A DNA stretch of 64,000 nt from Octopus sinensis (taxonomy: Eukaryota): NCBI RefSeq assembly GCF_006345805.1, contig NC_042997.1, forward strand, positions 128,712,001 through 128,776,000, given 5' to 3'. This document shows, one piece after another, positions 1-14,277 of this stretch; the stretch's first letter is position 1, and each line of letters starts with the position of its first letter. Position numbers and translations under genes: made by a program. A model generated the notes under the pieces. That model did no database searches, had not been told where the DNA came from, and saw only the letters and a program-made list of their open reading frames with translations.

Positions 1-731
1 CTAAGGTTATAATTTACTCTAATTATTTCTCTTTTACACCTCATGACTAATTTACTTCTCCTTACTCTATTTTCCTCATTTTTATTTTAATATTTATCTG
101 ATTCTACTTTGTAAACAATGGCATTGTCGGTTATAGGTTTCCAATAGTACAATTGCTGCTTCACTGCATTTACAGTAGCAAGAGTGATAAAGTGGTATCT
201 GTGACACTTGGGCAGAACAAACATGTTTTTGCTCAAAAAGCAACAGTTTATCAATTTATTTTACAATGTTTACATCTTTCTCCTGATATACATTAGTGAC
301 ATATATCATTGTGTGTGTGTGTGTACATATTTACTCTACACATGCATACACCTATTTGAAAAATACATATATAAAAATCTGCTTTCCTCCTGCCTCTAGT
401 TTACATATAAAGGTGTATCACTCAAAGATGTATATGCATTATTTACATACTCAAGCTGTCACATTCTGAATGTTTTGCTGGCTTAAGAGTGGAGGGGCCA
501 TACATACACGAAACAGTTTTAATTTGTCCTTATTACTGTAGTTGCACTGGGCTATACAACAGCTAATTTGCATTAAAACCTTGACATGTTTGGGTTCCCT
601 GAAAAAGAATAGAACAAACTGATTCATATTCTCCAGATAAAATCAGCGGAGGAACAATAAAAATTTGTAAACACATTTCAGGGATTCTCCATTCAAGGTC
701 CTGGGTGAAAATATGCACACAGTCACATACA

Positions 732-1610
732 CAAGGTGGTATCAAAAAGTTCCCAGACTAGTTATGTTTAATAAAAAAGATACCTCATTTACCTAAGTCT
801 TAACATGATCTCCTTCAAAACAGACACCTTGTGCAGCCATTCACCAGTCCCAGTGTTCCTGCTACTCTTGGAATCTGGCCTGGAAGTAATTTTTTGTAAG
901 CAAGTTGAGGACCTTCTATGATCCACTCTTGATTTCCACAACATTATGTTAAAATGGTACCCTTTGAGATGCCTTTTCATCTTATAGAAGAGATGGAAGT
1001 CTGCTGTTGCTAAATCTGGTGAATATGGTGGGTGTGGAAACGATACCATGTTGGTTTTGGCAAGAAACACACAAGTGAGGAGAGAGAACTTGGTTACAGT
1101 TTTCATTGTCATCATGAAGAATCTAATTCTTCACACTCCACAGATCCAGTTGTTTGTGCCTAATGTTCTACATAGAATGCCTCAAAATGTTGTTGATTGT
1201 CCTCTGATGATCTTCATCCACAAGCTGATGAATTTTTACCACATCTCCAGGGATGACACTTGTAGCAGGTCTTCTAGATCACTCATCATCTTCCAGGAAC
1301 ATTCTTCCACTTTTGAAATGCCCGTGCCACTTGAAACATTGAATATGATCCATTGCCTCATTGCCATATGCTTGCTGAAGCATGTTCAATGCTTCTGTAG
1401 CAGATTCCCTGAGTTTAATGCAAAATTCCATGTTGGCTCTTTGTTCTAGCATCCTGTCCATAACCAAAATCACAGACTAGAGCATACATGTGATCACAAA
1501 AACACAAATTTCATAACTTGCAAAGTAAACACAGCAATGTCACTCAGCACACAAGCATGTGCTGCCATCTGTTGGCACACTACAGTCCAGGAACTTCTTC
1601 ATACCACCTG
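732..1610 (-). mobile_element. Internally deleted mariner (DD34D-type) transposon
   Basis: Imperfect ~30-bp TIRs (caaggtggtatcaaaaagttcccagact vs RC caggtggtatgaagaagttcctggact), TA at the right end. ORF 1279-1473 has a mariner HTH (EQRANMEFCIKLRESATEALNMLQQAYG); ORF 789-1115 has HPPYSPDLATADFHLF; LHDDN is also present. The WVPH/first-D region is missing. Confidence 0.9.
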
Positions 1611-3524
1611 TACATATACACTATATATATATGCACACATAAACTGTAATGAAACACGCAAACACTTGTGTTCTATTATAATATGCACATCCCTGAATGC
1701 AAGTTTATCCATATGCATACAGCATGCACTTATATATGCACACGTCATCCAATTCAGGTAACTACAAAACCCAAGAGCAGTCTTCACTTCAACAAAAGAA
1801 CTTTACCTCTTTATTAGTGACTGGCTTGAATGCTGCGAAGGAAAAAACTTAAATTACATCCCAAAGAATTATGTGTGTGTGCATGCATGTGTGTCTGTGT
1901 GTGTACATGCAGTGTTTTCATTTACTAAATTCGACTCAAAAGGCAATTACTGTTAGTTAATCCAGATATTGTAGAAAACATTTGCCTAAGCTGCTGCACA
2001 GTTGGACTGAATGTGGTTCACAAGATTGCAAAGTAAACTTCTTAACCATAGAGCCATATGTGTGTTACTATTCTATTTCTCTTTTTCTTTCAAGAATGTC
2101 ACTTTCCATTAAGATGAGATTTTATTTATTTTGTTGGCAGAGTTGCTATGTTATCTTACATTTCACTTGTATTTGTTTATGAACTATATCAGCAGTTAAC
2201 TTTATCAAAAACATTTGACTCTTAAAGTAATCTTTTAATGTGATTTCCAAGCATCAAAAATTCTCATTCTTACTTGAATTGCATATATTTTCAGTTATCT
2301 CTTGTTTGTATTTAGCTTATATCATTTGCTTGTAATTATAATTTATGTAAATAGCTAAATAACAAAATACTCATATCAAAAAATGTTCCAAATTTCATTC
2401 CAAATTTAAACTGCATTTAATGCAATTCTTTCCATCTCCTCACAACTATGCCCTTTCTAAACAGATACCCCTTAAACTTTTGCACCCTACTATCTTAGAA
2501 GAAATGATACACCAGATCATGTTGTTATAGATACACTTTGTCTGAATAAAAGATGGAATGGTCATAGCTAGAATATCTCTAATCTTAAAGTTTGCTCAGA
2601 GTTGATATAGAACTAAACAATAATGATGTATGACTTCTGTAGAAAATATTCTGTCCAGATTTTGAGGATTATCAACTACAATCCCTTTTTGCCAGAAAAC
2701 AGAATTCGTTTTTCAAAGACAGTGTTTTCAGATCTTTTTCCTAATCCATTAATGTAATTCACCTAATATTTTCCATTTTGTCTTTAATTTCAATTTAATT
2801 CAAACAGTGATAAATTGCTAACATTGACATCTGCTCTGAAGAATTCATTTTTGTTTCATTTGAACATTTATGTATATGTTTGACATCTCACATCAATTCA
2901 GTATTTCTGGGGAACATTTTCTTGAATTGTTGCACTCCATGCTAAAATAAGGCATTTTCTTTTTCTGAGGCAATTAAAGAATCTTGCCCATGAATACAAT
3001 AGATAATCAGCACTACAAAACAAATTTGGATTTTACACATAGTTTGCTTTTGTGCAGCAAGCAACCCAAGTTATTTCCTCCTCCAAGTTTTATAGTTTGT
3101 CATATTATCACATCATTCACTAAAACTCCATATATCTTTCATAAATTATGCTTTGCTGATAGAGTCTAATAAGGCTGAAACATGTTTGAAATTGTCACCA
3201 TATTGCTAAAGATCTGACTCTTTTCCCATTGCATTCTATTTTTAATTGTAATTTGAATTCTGAAGTTCTTCCTGCTGCCTTTTTTTTATGCTAAAGTTGT
3301 AAATTCCAACTTTACTAACTGCATTAAAGCTGCCTGTATGATCTTTGTAGGACACTGGTTTAGCTATTACTTTTTCAATTGTTGCACTAAAACTTTCCTT
3401 GCATCTTTTGGAAACACAAACTTTATACACACATTGTGTAGAAATCTACATGTAAAATAACTCCTAATAAATGTTTTGATATTTGCACATAATTTTATCA
3501 ATTAATGTTTCTCTTCTTTTCCAG

Positions 3525-3657
3525 CCTGAAGGGAGAATTGTTGGCTTAGCTTCTGATATACATGATGGTCTTCTTTTCTGGTCTGATGTCAGTGAAAGCA
3601 AGCGTGGTATTTATAGATCTTACTTAAATGGTAGTGATGTACGACTAATCTTGAAAG
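3525..3657 (+). CDS. Internal exon encoding an LDL-receptor class B (YWTD beta-propeller) repeat, LRP/LDLR/vitellogenin-receptor-like protein
   Basis: Polypyrimidine tract plus CAG acceptor (3511-3524) and G|GTGAGT donor (3658). Open frame, phase 0 to 1: PEGRIVGLASDIHDGLLFWSDVSESKRGIYRSYLNGSDVRLILK(G), matching the GLAxD...L(F/Y)W(S/T)D...I.R..L.G pattern. Confidence 0.85.
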
Positions 3658-4369
3658 GTGAGTTAACCATTTCATTTAACTCTTTCTTTAATGGAATTCT
3701 ATCTCATTTCACCAATGTTCTATTGATTCACATAAAAACTAATGACAAGAAACAATTTTTTCTCATGTATATAATATTCTGATGGTACAACTTTTCAGTT
3801 CTGATGCAAATGGAATTCTCTTGAAAAAGAGAAAATGTGAGACAAAGTCATAAGGTCAGATATCAGAATGTCAGGCCTCACAAAGGTAATGGTAAGAATC
3901 ACCACAAATGGAGAGTTGCTGTTAAAATGAACCTATCCAACATGCATGCATGGAAAAGCAGATGTAAAAATGGTATCATTGGTGGTGGTGGTGGTGGTGG
4001 TGGAATTTTTGCAAAGCATATCATCATTATCAGTGTATTCATGCCAACCTCTCCAACCTTGCTTCAGATGAGAATACATTGGGATGGAGTTTCCAAGTGA
4101 GATAATAATCTTCCAGTCTATCAAACAAAAAACAACCCAAATTTGTTTGTGCAGAGAACTAGAAATAAACATCACTGTACGATTGAGCCTTTTGTTTACA
4201 AAGTTCAAGCAGCACATCAGAAACATGTCATGAAATCTAGACTTGATTTTGTGGTAGACTACAAGGAAACATCATCATCAGTGGGGTCATTGTTTATAAC
4301 CAACAAACGCATGTGAAGACAAAGAAAAGATAAACTCACACTCTCTCTCTCACACACACACACACATGA

Positions 4370-4650
4370 CAGTGTAAATGATTTAAGAGAAATATTTGGT
4401 ATAAGAGGTATCAGCTGAATGTGCAAGAGAGAAGATTGTGCTGGTATGGTCATGTGGTGCATATGGATGAGGGTAGCTGCATAAAGAAGTTCCAGTCTCT
4501 AAATGTGGAAGAACCTGTGGAAGATGAAGACTCAAGAAGCTGTCGAACAAAATGGTGAGAAAGGATCTCCAGATGTTGAGCCTTACAGAGGAGATGACAA
4601 AGGACCAAGAAAGTTGGTGATTTGCTGTGCTTGAGAAAACCTGCCCTGCT
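4370..4650 (+). mobile_element. RTE-clade LINE, decayed 3' ORF fragment
   Basis: Translates with frameshifts to ERRLCWYGHVVHMDEGSCIKK...VRKDLQMLSLTEEMTKDQESW, a typical RTE C-terminus. Confidence 0.7.
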
Positions 4651-6016
4651 AAGTTCCTGTCACAGTATCCAATCTATGTCAGCAAATGATGACAATGATG
4701 GTGACAATATATCTTATGAGCTTCTTTCAATTTCTGTTTACCAAATCCTCTCACAAAATTTTGATCAGGCTGAGACTATTGAAGAATATACTTGTCCAAA
4801 TTGCTATATAGTGGGACTGAACCCAAAGCTATATGGATGGAAAGTAAACATAACTGCACAGCCCTCCCTACACCTACAAAAATTGTCCAAGGTGAAGTGC
4901 TTCCTAAAGCAAATTTCTTTAGCAAATTCTTATGTAGCAAACTGAACTTCAAATCAGTCATTAGGATTCTGCATTCTATTAATTATTGTCAAAGTAGGTT
5001 TAGCATCTATACATTGGTTGGAATCTACAGAAGAGCAAAAAGACAACCTAGAACTGTAAATGATTTTCAACAAATATTAATTAGCAAAGCAGCTGCTTGG
5101 GAGGAACATTTCTCTGAATTTTCATCAATAAATTTCTTCTTTCATAAAAACCAAATGAAAAACCAAAGTAAATACTCATCTTGTTGATTAGATTTTGGAA
5201 ACTATTTCAAGTGTCTAAAAAGGTTTATTTTGTCTTTAAGAAGCACTTCACAAGAATTAATTTGTTGTTGATGTATTTTTCTTTTATGAAGAATGCACAT
5301 TGGCACCTAAAATGCTATATGCTGGTGGAGGGCTGTAACTCTACTATTTGAATAATAACATCTTTTGTTTGAATAGTAATAAAAACAACTACATCAACAA
5401 CAACAATAACAATAACAGCAACAATGATAATAATTGAAATTGACTTTCTTAGTTGTCAGAATTGATGGTCATCATTATTCTTGTTTTGCTTACTGTCATT
5501 TTAAATTAAAACTTTCTTCCAATTTCGATTTATTTTTCTGACCTTCTGTCTCATTCAATATGTCTGAAGTTCATTGGAATTGTTTTTTTTTTGTTTGTTT
5601 GCTAATGTTTATTGGGTGTCAGACCATTAATGTTTGTTCTATCAAGTAGATTTCCTTGAGATTTATGAGAATAAGGATGTGCATGCCTATATTAGTTGGT
5701 AGAAACAGTGTATCTGTTTGTATGTATTTGCATAAACATGTGTAATATTTATCCATTATATGAATTCATTTCCTGTCATACAACATTACACTTTTAATAC
5801 TGACCCTTGAATTTTCCTTCATACTGTGACAGAAACACCTTTGCTGTCAGCATAATGAAAACCTTAAATATTTTGTATCCACCTCAGATATTAGCTGCTA
5901 CTGTCAACACCTCTATCTATTGTATTAGCTGTCGTTGTCATTTAGTCCTAAGTCAGTCCTAATCAAACAGATCAATGACATTCATACCACAATCAGGATC
6001 ATGATGATGATGATGA

Positions 6017-6215
6017 TCATCATCATCATCATTTAACGTCCACTCTCTATGCTGGCATGGGTTAGACAGTTTCACTGGTGCTGATGAGTCAGAGAGCTGC
6101 ACCAGACTCCAGTCTGATTTGGCAAGGTTTCTATGGCTGGATGCCCTTCCAAATTTCAACCACTCCAGGAGTTTAATGAGTGTTTTTACGTGTCACTGGC
6201 ACATGTGCCATTTGC
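6017..6215 (-). mobile_element. RTE-associated 3' end with (GAT)n tail (family D)
   Basis: (cat)n-ttaacgtcc...gctggatgcccttcc motif shared with more than 10 other copies in the window. Confidence 0.7.
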
Positions 6216-6552
6216 ATTCCAACTCATTTCAAGCATATCATATCTTGGAATATATCATTCAGTATATCTTACCTTTCTGTTGTTGAGTCAGTTTTGATCT
6301 CACAGACCTATGATCAAGGTATACCATACATGATAATCACAGCTTTATTACATATTGTATATCTAGGCTCACATTCTCAAATCTGCCCTTCCACTTTTTA
6401 AGACTATAGAGGAGTGTGCTTTGACTGTTAATTTTAGAAGGTTCAATGACCATAGAGTGGCTCTCTTTTGATTCAGACTGCAGTACTATATCATCCAGGT
6501 ATTTCCACAAATTATTTATATTCTTCAATCATTCTTATATATGGATAGATGT

Positions 6553-7000
6553 CATTATCATCATCATCAGTTAATGTCCAGCTTCCATGCAAGCATAAGT
6601 TTGATTGTTTGACAGGATTGCAACATGCTTCAGTAGCTGCTTTGGTATGGTTTGTATGCCCTTTCTAATGACAACCAGTTTACAGAGTATATTTTGGCAT
6701 CAGCACTAATGCTACTAGCAAGACTTAAGGGCCTAAAGTAGCTCCTGTAACTGAAAGACAATAGAAGAGAGAAGATATGATGACTCTAGGAAGGGTGATG
6801 TGAGAAGGTGAAGCTTGAGCTGAGTTGTGAGAGGACGGTTGTGGATGAGTGGATAGAGTAAAAGAAGAGGCACTGTTGGAGTAAGGAGTAGAGAAGGGAC
6901 AGGGGGGGAAAAAGTGACTAGAGTTAATGGTTAGTGAGAACATTCCCAGAGTAGAAAGGTGACAATGTGGGCTATGTAGAAGGGGTCCAGGGCTGTATAA
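6553..7000 (-). mobile_element. Family D 3' end with purine-rich upstream segment
   Basis: Same (cat)n tail motif, followed by a GA-rich stretch like that at 35337-36050. Confidence 0.5.
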
Positions 7001-7769
7001 AATCACCAATGTATATGTGTTTATCTGCACGTGTGTATGTGGGGAATTTCATAAGAAATAAAATGATGTATGTTGTTTTAAAGAACAGATCCACTCTGTC
7101 CTTAGCACTGCCTATATTTTACAAAGACTTAGATCAACTGAACTAATTGGAGTAGCTTCTTTTGTTGCTTGTTAAATTTGAAATACACTTAGAGGAAGTT
7201 TATGACTATTAATTGCTTGGATAACATCATTTGATCAAAATTTTTTCAACTCACTATATTTCATTTGTGATATGCTACCATATTCATATTTAATACCCAG
7301 AACACTGTGTATGTGTGTATAGAACATATATACAAAATATTACCACCATACCACCATACTTATTATGTAGAGTAGTTCTTTCCTATTACAATATTTATGT
7401 ATCTTTTAATTAACACACCTACCATTATTTCTCCACTGGAATCATTGGTGTGGAACGACAACATAATAACATCTGTCATTTATACTCTACTCAACACTAC
7501 GCATATTCATTTATTTATTCCTTTATTGCTTTCAGTCACTGGACTGTGGCCGTGCTTAGACACCACCTTCAAGAATTATTTCAGTCTGGTACTTATTTCA
7601 TTGAGGTGTATAGTTGTCAAATTGATAAGTTATGGTACATAAAGGGACATAACTTGAACAGTGCTGGGTTTTAGACTCGTGTAAACATAAACACATATGT
7701 AGTCACAAGCACATTTGTATAGTCATACATATACATGCAGCTGGAGTATGATCACCTGTGTGTATATAA

Positions 7770-7812
<43 letters not shown>

Positions 7813-8139
7813 GAGACAGACAGACAGATAGATATGTCATCGGTGAACCCAAAGCTATAGTAGGAGACACATACCAGAGGTGTTGCATAATGAGATCAAA
7901 GCCAAGAATTGCATACATGTGAAATGAGCATCCTAATCACACAATCATGTCTGAATCTGTGTATAAATTTATCTTCACTATCCACAATGGAGGATACCTT
8001 TGGAACAGTGGTGGGGGTCTTAGATATGGAATATAGTGAGTTGAAAGCTCACTGTATTCCTAATGATTAACTAAGATTATCTTTGCAATTAGTAGATAAA
8101 AACTCCTTCAATATTTTTTAACAGAATAGTTTTCTATAT

Positions 8140-8280
8140 GGCCACAAAACTTGCTAGAAACGGCAGCCAAATCTTTTCCTCTTCGGCCATTGTGCTAAGA
8201 AAAGAATATATCTGAAAACAGAATGCCTTTGACCATAGGTCTGCTTAATCAGGGTTTACCTGGGCTAAACAACAATAAAA
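8140..8280 (+). repeat. (CAA)n-tailed interspersed repeat (family C)
   Basis: gcagccaaatc...cctttgaccataggtctgct...acctgggctaaacaacaa motif; about 15-18 partial copies in the window. Confidence 0.65.
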
Positions 8281-10295
8281 ACTAGTTCACAGAATATGGA
8301 AAGATTTGAACTTGAAATCAAAAAAGCATTAAAATACTGCTTGTCATTTTGTTTAAATGCACTATTATCTTGGCTATTCCTACTGCCCCTTATCTGTATT
8401 ATTAATGGCTTAGATTTATTACGCCTTTATAGATTATTGGCTAAAAATTTATATATTTGTTATATGGATATGGATATTAGAGGTAGCAGTTCTAGAATGA
8501 TGTTACCATTAATGTATGATATTATGATAGTTTTATGTTGCATCAGTGAAATAAGTAACTCTTTGAACTAACAATGCACACCTCTTACAGCTTCCTAATA
8601 GCACCAACAGTTGACATAATTACATTAACTCTAATATTTGCATGATTTTATTGTCTCCACCTCAGCTAGAACGCTCTAGTTACAATTTCTATCTATTATT
8701 GTTAGTAATGTTGGACAAACGTAAAACCGACTGTATTCAGACTTGGATAATATGAGAGTTATGTATTATCCAACATCCAAAGATCAAAATAGTCAACTAA
8801 GAAGTTTACCTCACAACTACTTTGGTTTCAAGTTCAATCTTACCGCAGGGCGCTCTGAGTAAAAAATTTGCAGATAAACTGTGTGGAAGCCTGTCAAAGA
8901 GACCATTCTTGTTTTTTGGTGGTAGACTTACTCTTGTCACCTTGGTTAAATACCATCTCATGGCCCTTGGATGCCTTTAAAAGAGTTTACACAGCTGCAA
9001 GCCCAATACAAGAAGTTGAATGACTGAACCTCCAGACTTTATACATTCTCTGTTCATTTGCCAGCAACTTTATGGTGTATATTAGGTGCATTTTATGGTG
9101 CCAGCACTTGAGAGATTTTCTTTCTCACCAGTCGCTTGTAAGTGATGGGATAATATAAAAAGTAGGTAATGTGTGGCCCTGAGTGGGGTGAGAGTATGTG
9201 ATAATAGCAGAGGAGAAAGAGAGTAGAGGCATGAGGATAGTCCACTACTTTCTTTTATACCTAGGCCTAGTGAAGGGATGAGGACAATCTGATGCAGTCT
9301 CGGATACATAGGGCTGAGAATGGAATCAAATAGGGAGTGATTGCCAGCAGCAGAAGTGGACAAAGTGAGAAAGAGAAGGACAGGAAAAAAGTATATATAT
9401 TTGTAGTGTGTGAATGGGGGGGAAGCAATGATGGAGACAGTTTTTCTGATTTGATACAGGGAGTTTGTTATTGCTTGGGTTCTCCTCCACACTTTCTACA
9501 TAATCACTTCATCTTTCTGCCAGCAAACTCACACCACTCTTAATCTTCATATACATTATTCCACAGAACAAAAGAACACTCTGTCAAAAATACTACTATA
9601 TATAAAATTTGAAAACCAGACTAAACCACAGTAAGAATACCTAATAGGCTAAAGCTTCAAAATAACAGTCAACCTTTTCCTTGTACACACACAAACATCC
9701 ACACACATACACACAAATTCAGAAACTGTAAGAAACCCATTCTGTGTGTGTCTGTATTTGTGTCTCCTTGTCTGGGCATCTGTACTCTGCTTATAAATAG
9801 AATCACCATTCACACAACTGTATCATTTGTCTGCAATTTTTTGTGAAGAAAATGACCAGCCATTGAGATATTTATGTTCAAAGGACTAAGAGAAATATTA
9901 CCTTGCTTGGAAACAGGTGATGGTTGGCAGCTGTAATAGCCTCCAGTTATAGAAAATCTGAATCAATGAGTTTCGTACAAATATGGGAAGGTGGATGGTC
10001 CCCCCCACCACTAACAATTGCAACAATGATATTACATATGTGTATATGTGTATATATCTATATCTATCTATATATAAATTTTTAGGATAAGACCATTATT
10101 TAAAATAATGATCATATCAAGTGGCCAGCATGAGAAGAAAAACCTTATTGGTAATAATTATTATTAAAATTATAATTAAGGGTATCTAAGAGATACTACC
10201 ATGCTCGAAATAGCAGTCAAGACTGCAGTCAAAAAGAGTCAGGTTTTGACTGTTATTTCGAGCATGGTGGCATCTCTTAGATACACTTAATTATA

Positions 10296-10336
<41 letters not shown>

Positions 10337-11169
10337 TGTGTGTGTGTGTGTGTGTATACACACACACATACTTCCACATAATTCAGTGCATAGGGTTTAA
10401 CAAGTGTTTATCACTACTTTTGTAGAAATCAGTCTTTTATGTGAACTGTTGATCACAACAATCTTGATAATATGACTTGAATATTCTTGCCTAGGTGAGC
10501 CAAAATGGTGTAATATGCTGCAGATCAAATCAATCAACTACATAACTTCTGGCAGAAAGTATTCTGTGCATAGTAATTGAAAATCAATATTTTCAAATAG
10601 ATAATGTTCTGATTTGATTTTCTTACTATGACTTAGTAGATCTAGCCTCAGTTTCTTATTTAAGTTCTGTTTTCACTCACTTCTATTTCAGTTGCACTTC
10701 AAAGAGACACTCTCAGTGTTGCTATGATAGCTTCTCATCCAAGCAGTATTTTCAAAAATTGTTTTTGTTTTAGCCATGGGACTTCAGCTTTCAAGGACAT
10801 TTAATAACACAAACCCTAGTACTTCTTTCAGTCTAGTAATTATTTCACTGATCTCTATTTATCAAATGTCTAAGTTACATTTTAGTGTAAAGAAATAGAA
10901 TTTCTTGCACTCTAGCTCCACTGAATGAAAGAGGTTCTTTCTTAGTCTTGCCAGCTGCATGGCAACATCACTAGTGCTGGTGCTACAAAAAACAAAAACA
11001 TATACAAAAAATTCTATGTTGTAAATTGGTTGGCATTATGAAAGGAATGCAGCCATAGAAACCATGCCAAAGTATGCACTGGAGCATGGCAAATTTGTTG
11101 CACTGCTTTACACCAATATAGACATACACGTATGTGCACGTGCGCACACACACACACACACAGTGTGCT

Positions 11170-11480
11170 TCCAGAATTTCAGAGTTGAGTAGATCTTCTT
11201 GTGAAATGTATATTACCAATGATCCTGGTCCTTTATCATTTCCTCCATGGGGCTCAAGGTCCTGAGATCAGCCTTTATTACTTCATTCCATGTTTTTATG
11301 GATTTCCCACTTCCTGTCTTTATACAACTGCCCTCATGTCCATACCAGCACAGTTTTCTTTCTTGCTCTCTACATCTGATTTCTGTAGTGCATAGACAGC
11401 ATTTATTGTATCTGTTTTGAACATAAATCAAACTGCATTTCATCTAGGTCTTCTCTGTTGCTGATGAATTGTGCAACAAC
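11170..11480 (-). mobile_element. RTE LINE 3' ORF fragment
   Basis: ORF 11213-11443: QERKLCWYGH...KTWNEVIKADLRTLSPMEEMIKDQDHW. Confidence 0.75.
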
Positions 11481-12834
11481 TCTCTCTCTGTGGCCTTCAT
11501 AACATACATATATATGTATATGTATGTGTATACATATATAGATACGCACACACACACACACACACACACACAAGGACTTCAACACAGCTTCTGTCAGACA
11601 AGTTTCATACACAGTAGAAAATACTTGCCAAAGTGCCAAACAGTCAGATTAAGCCCAGAACCACAAAGTTACCATTGAACTTGTTAACCACGTAGTTAAT
11701 CTTGCAACTATCAGATAAAATACCTGCAACATTGAGTTACCTCATTTATATTTTATGTTCAAATCTTGTCAAAGTCAACTTTGCCTTTTAGCTTTCTGGG
11801 CTTCATAAAATAAAGGATCTGTGATGGATTGGATTGATCATAATAATCATCTATCCCCTAGCCACAAAAATCTGTGTCTCCTTTCCACAAAAATTTTATG
11901 TTATCTTCCCATTTATATTGAAATTAAGTAAATATTTTCTATTTTTGGCATTTTTCCAAGGGCATCCAACTATAGAAACTATACCAAAAATGGAACATTA
12001 GTAAGATAGTGCCCTCCAACCCATCAATGAGGTGGGGCAGTAACAACAAATAATAACTGATCCCTCTAACCTCAGGTTGGCAGCATGAAATACAGACATA
12101 AAATGATGATGCTGTTCTCACTACATCACGTACACATTTTAGTCCAAGTGCTTTTTCTATCTCATTTTTGGCAAGGGTTAAAGTGAGGAATGAGGGGATG
12201 GTTCAAATTTCAAATTCATAAACTTCAGGTTTACAGAAATGAATATCTGGGTTTAAAATCATTAAATTAAAAGTCAAACTTGAACCAAAATTTAATGAAA
12301 AAAGAATTTAATTTGAGTTTCATTTTTATTTTTTAAATTGGATTTCTATCTCTGGCTGAAGAAGATCAAGGAAGACATAGCAGGAAATAGTATAGCCAGG
12401 TCTTAGGTTTAGGGGCCTCATAGATCTTAAAGCAATGATGATAATGATACTGGTGATAATAATATTGGTAACATTGAATTTTTAATTTAATTTTATGTAA
12501 AACAGGCATGAAAACAATGATTATAATCATGGTGATCATGATGATAAATTTGAATTTTCAATTAATTTTATGGAGAAACAGATATTAAAACAGTAAGGGT
12601 GATGGTGGTGAAGGTGGCAGCTGCTGCTGCTGCTTCAGTTTGCGCTTTTAAAAATTATTTTAATTTTCATCTGTTATCCAATTTCAGTTTATGAAATTTT
12701 ATCAGTTTTATTAATTTGAAAATTAAAATCCAAAACAAAAACAAAAAAAAAACTAGCAAAGGAAAACATTAATCTTCATCCCTATTCCTATAGCCTCTTT
12801 ACTTACAACATACACCATCTGTATATAAATATGG

Positions 12835-13170
12835 AACCTGTTCACCCCAACCACATGGTTTCAGATACCCGACCATGTAGCTCTGGGTTGTCTCAGGTAA
12901 CTGTCTTCTACTATAGCCCTAGACTGATCAAAGCCTTGTGTGAGGATTTTGTAGATGGAAACTAAAAGAAATCCTCCATATATATGGGTGTGCATGCATT
13001 ATATGTCTGTTTGTTTACATCTGCCATCACTCATACAAAATTGTGACATTTGGTGTTGTCAGTTTCTCCTGTCAACAAATTATCTGAGCCATTGAAGCCC
13101 TGTAAGGCAATATCTCAAATAGCACATCTGTCCAATCTATACAAAGATGGAAAATTAACATAAAACAAAT
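12835..13170 (+). mobile_element. Decayed tRNA-derived SINE (family A)
   Basis: ccaaccacatggtttcag...ctactatagccc...aaagccttgtg...gatggaaact; homologous to the 57352-57762 copy. Confidence 0.6.
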
Positions 13171-13279
13171 GTAACAAACAAACATTTTTTAAAACTCTTG
13201 TCAGCCTTGATTGAGCAGACTTATGATCAAATACATTATAGTCTTGACCATCCAGTCTTTTGAAATGAAAATCATGATA

Positions 13280-13920
13280 TTCTGAGTTGTTGTCCCTTTC
13301 CCTGCTCCTCTATGGCTGTGAGGCAAGGATGTATCAATTTGACTTGAAGAAAATCAAATGTTTCCAACAGTACAAACTTCATGCAATCATGAGGATTCAA
13401 TGAAAGGGCTATATTACCAATGAAGAGGTTTTGCTCTGGATCGCACTGCCCAGCATTGAAGCCACCATGGCACAAAACCACCTCCATTGGTTGGGACACA
13501 TCATATGCATGTCTAAATGTGCCTCCCCCATCAATTCCTCTTTGTGAAGTTGGCCTCAGGCACCGGATCATAGGGAACCCCCAAATTCCATTTCTGAGAT
13601 CAGCTCAAGGCCACCCTCCTCCACTGCTCCATTGACCCAAATACCTGGGAGACATTTGCCAAGGACACCCAAAGTGGTGGCATGCTGTCATCAATGGAAC
13701 AGATGTCAAGAGGCAGAGATCAGACATCAAACACACAAAGTGCAAGAGCAACTTGCACTTCCTCATTCCCCACCAACCCTTTTCTGCAATAAATGCCCCC
13801 AGCTCTTCTATACTGTCTTGGCCTGAACAGCCACCTCAGGTACTGGCACCCTTTGCACCCCTCAGGATGAAGAGACTCAATCACTCGCTACCTGTTAACT
13901 ACTCAGATACAAGTTAATGC
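13280..13920 (+). mobile_element. Second RTE lineage (BovB/RTE-1-like) LINE 3' end
   Basis: Frameshifted translation gives LLYGCE...ITNEEVL...LPSIEA...HWLGHIICM...DQLKATL...TWETFAKD...CNKC terminal zinc-finger-like motif. Confidence 0.75.
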
Positions 13921-14134
13921 CAATGATATTATCTATGTAAGGCTTCTATTGATGACTATGTATCTGCACTTGATTCAGCTCCTTGCAAGGTTTGTTTTTC
14001 TTTTACGGAAGACCTGCTATTGCCCATATTGCATCTCTTCTGTCTACATGCCACTGATAATGTCCAAGGGTAAGGTAAGGACTGATACAACTTGACTTCA
14101 GTATCATTGCAGGTGTTGCCATTAGTATGTAGAG

Positions 14135-14277
14135 AACTGCTACTTTATTTTATCAATCCTGAAAAGATAAAAGTCAAATTTGATCTCCAATAGGATTTGA
14201 ACTCAGAACATCAAATGCTGAAACAAATACGCAATGCATTTCATCCAACACTGTAACAATTCTGCCAATTCACCACA
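14135..14277 (-). mobile_element. Decayed tRNA-type SINE (family B)
   Basis: tttgaactcagaac B-box-like segment and ttttatcaatcctgaaaag core shared with 22224-22454. Confidence 0.6.

Noticed and set aside
3837-4100. 87-aa ORF with poly-Gly near the real exon
   Set aside because: Poly-Gly comes from a (GGT)n microsatellite; no YWTD features or suitable splice sites.
10495-10580. Candidate phase-1 next exon after cctag
   Set aside because: Translation is not LRP-like and hits a stop without a donor site.
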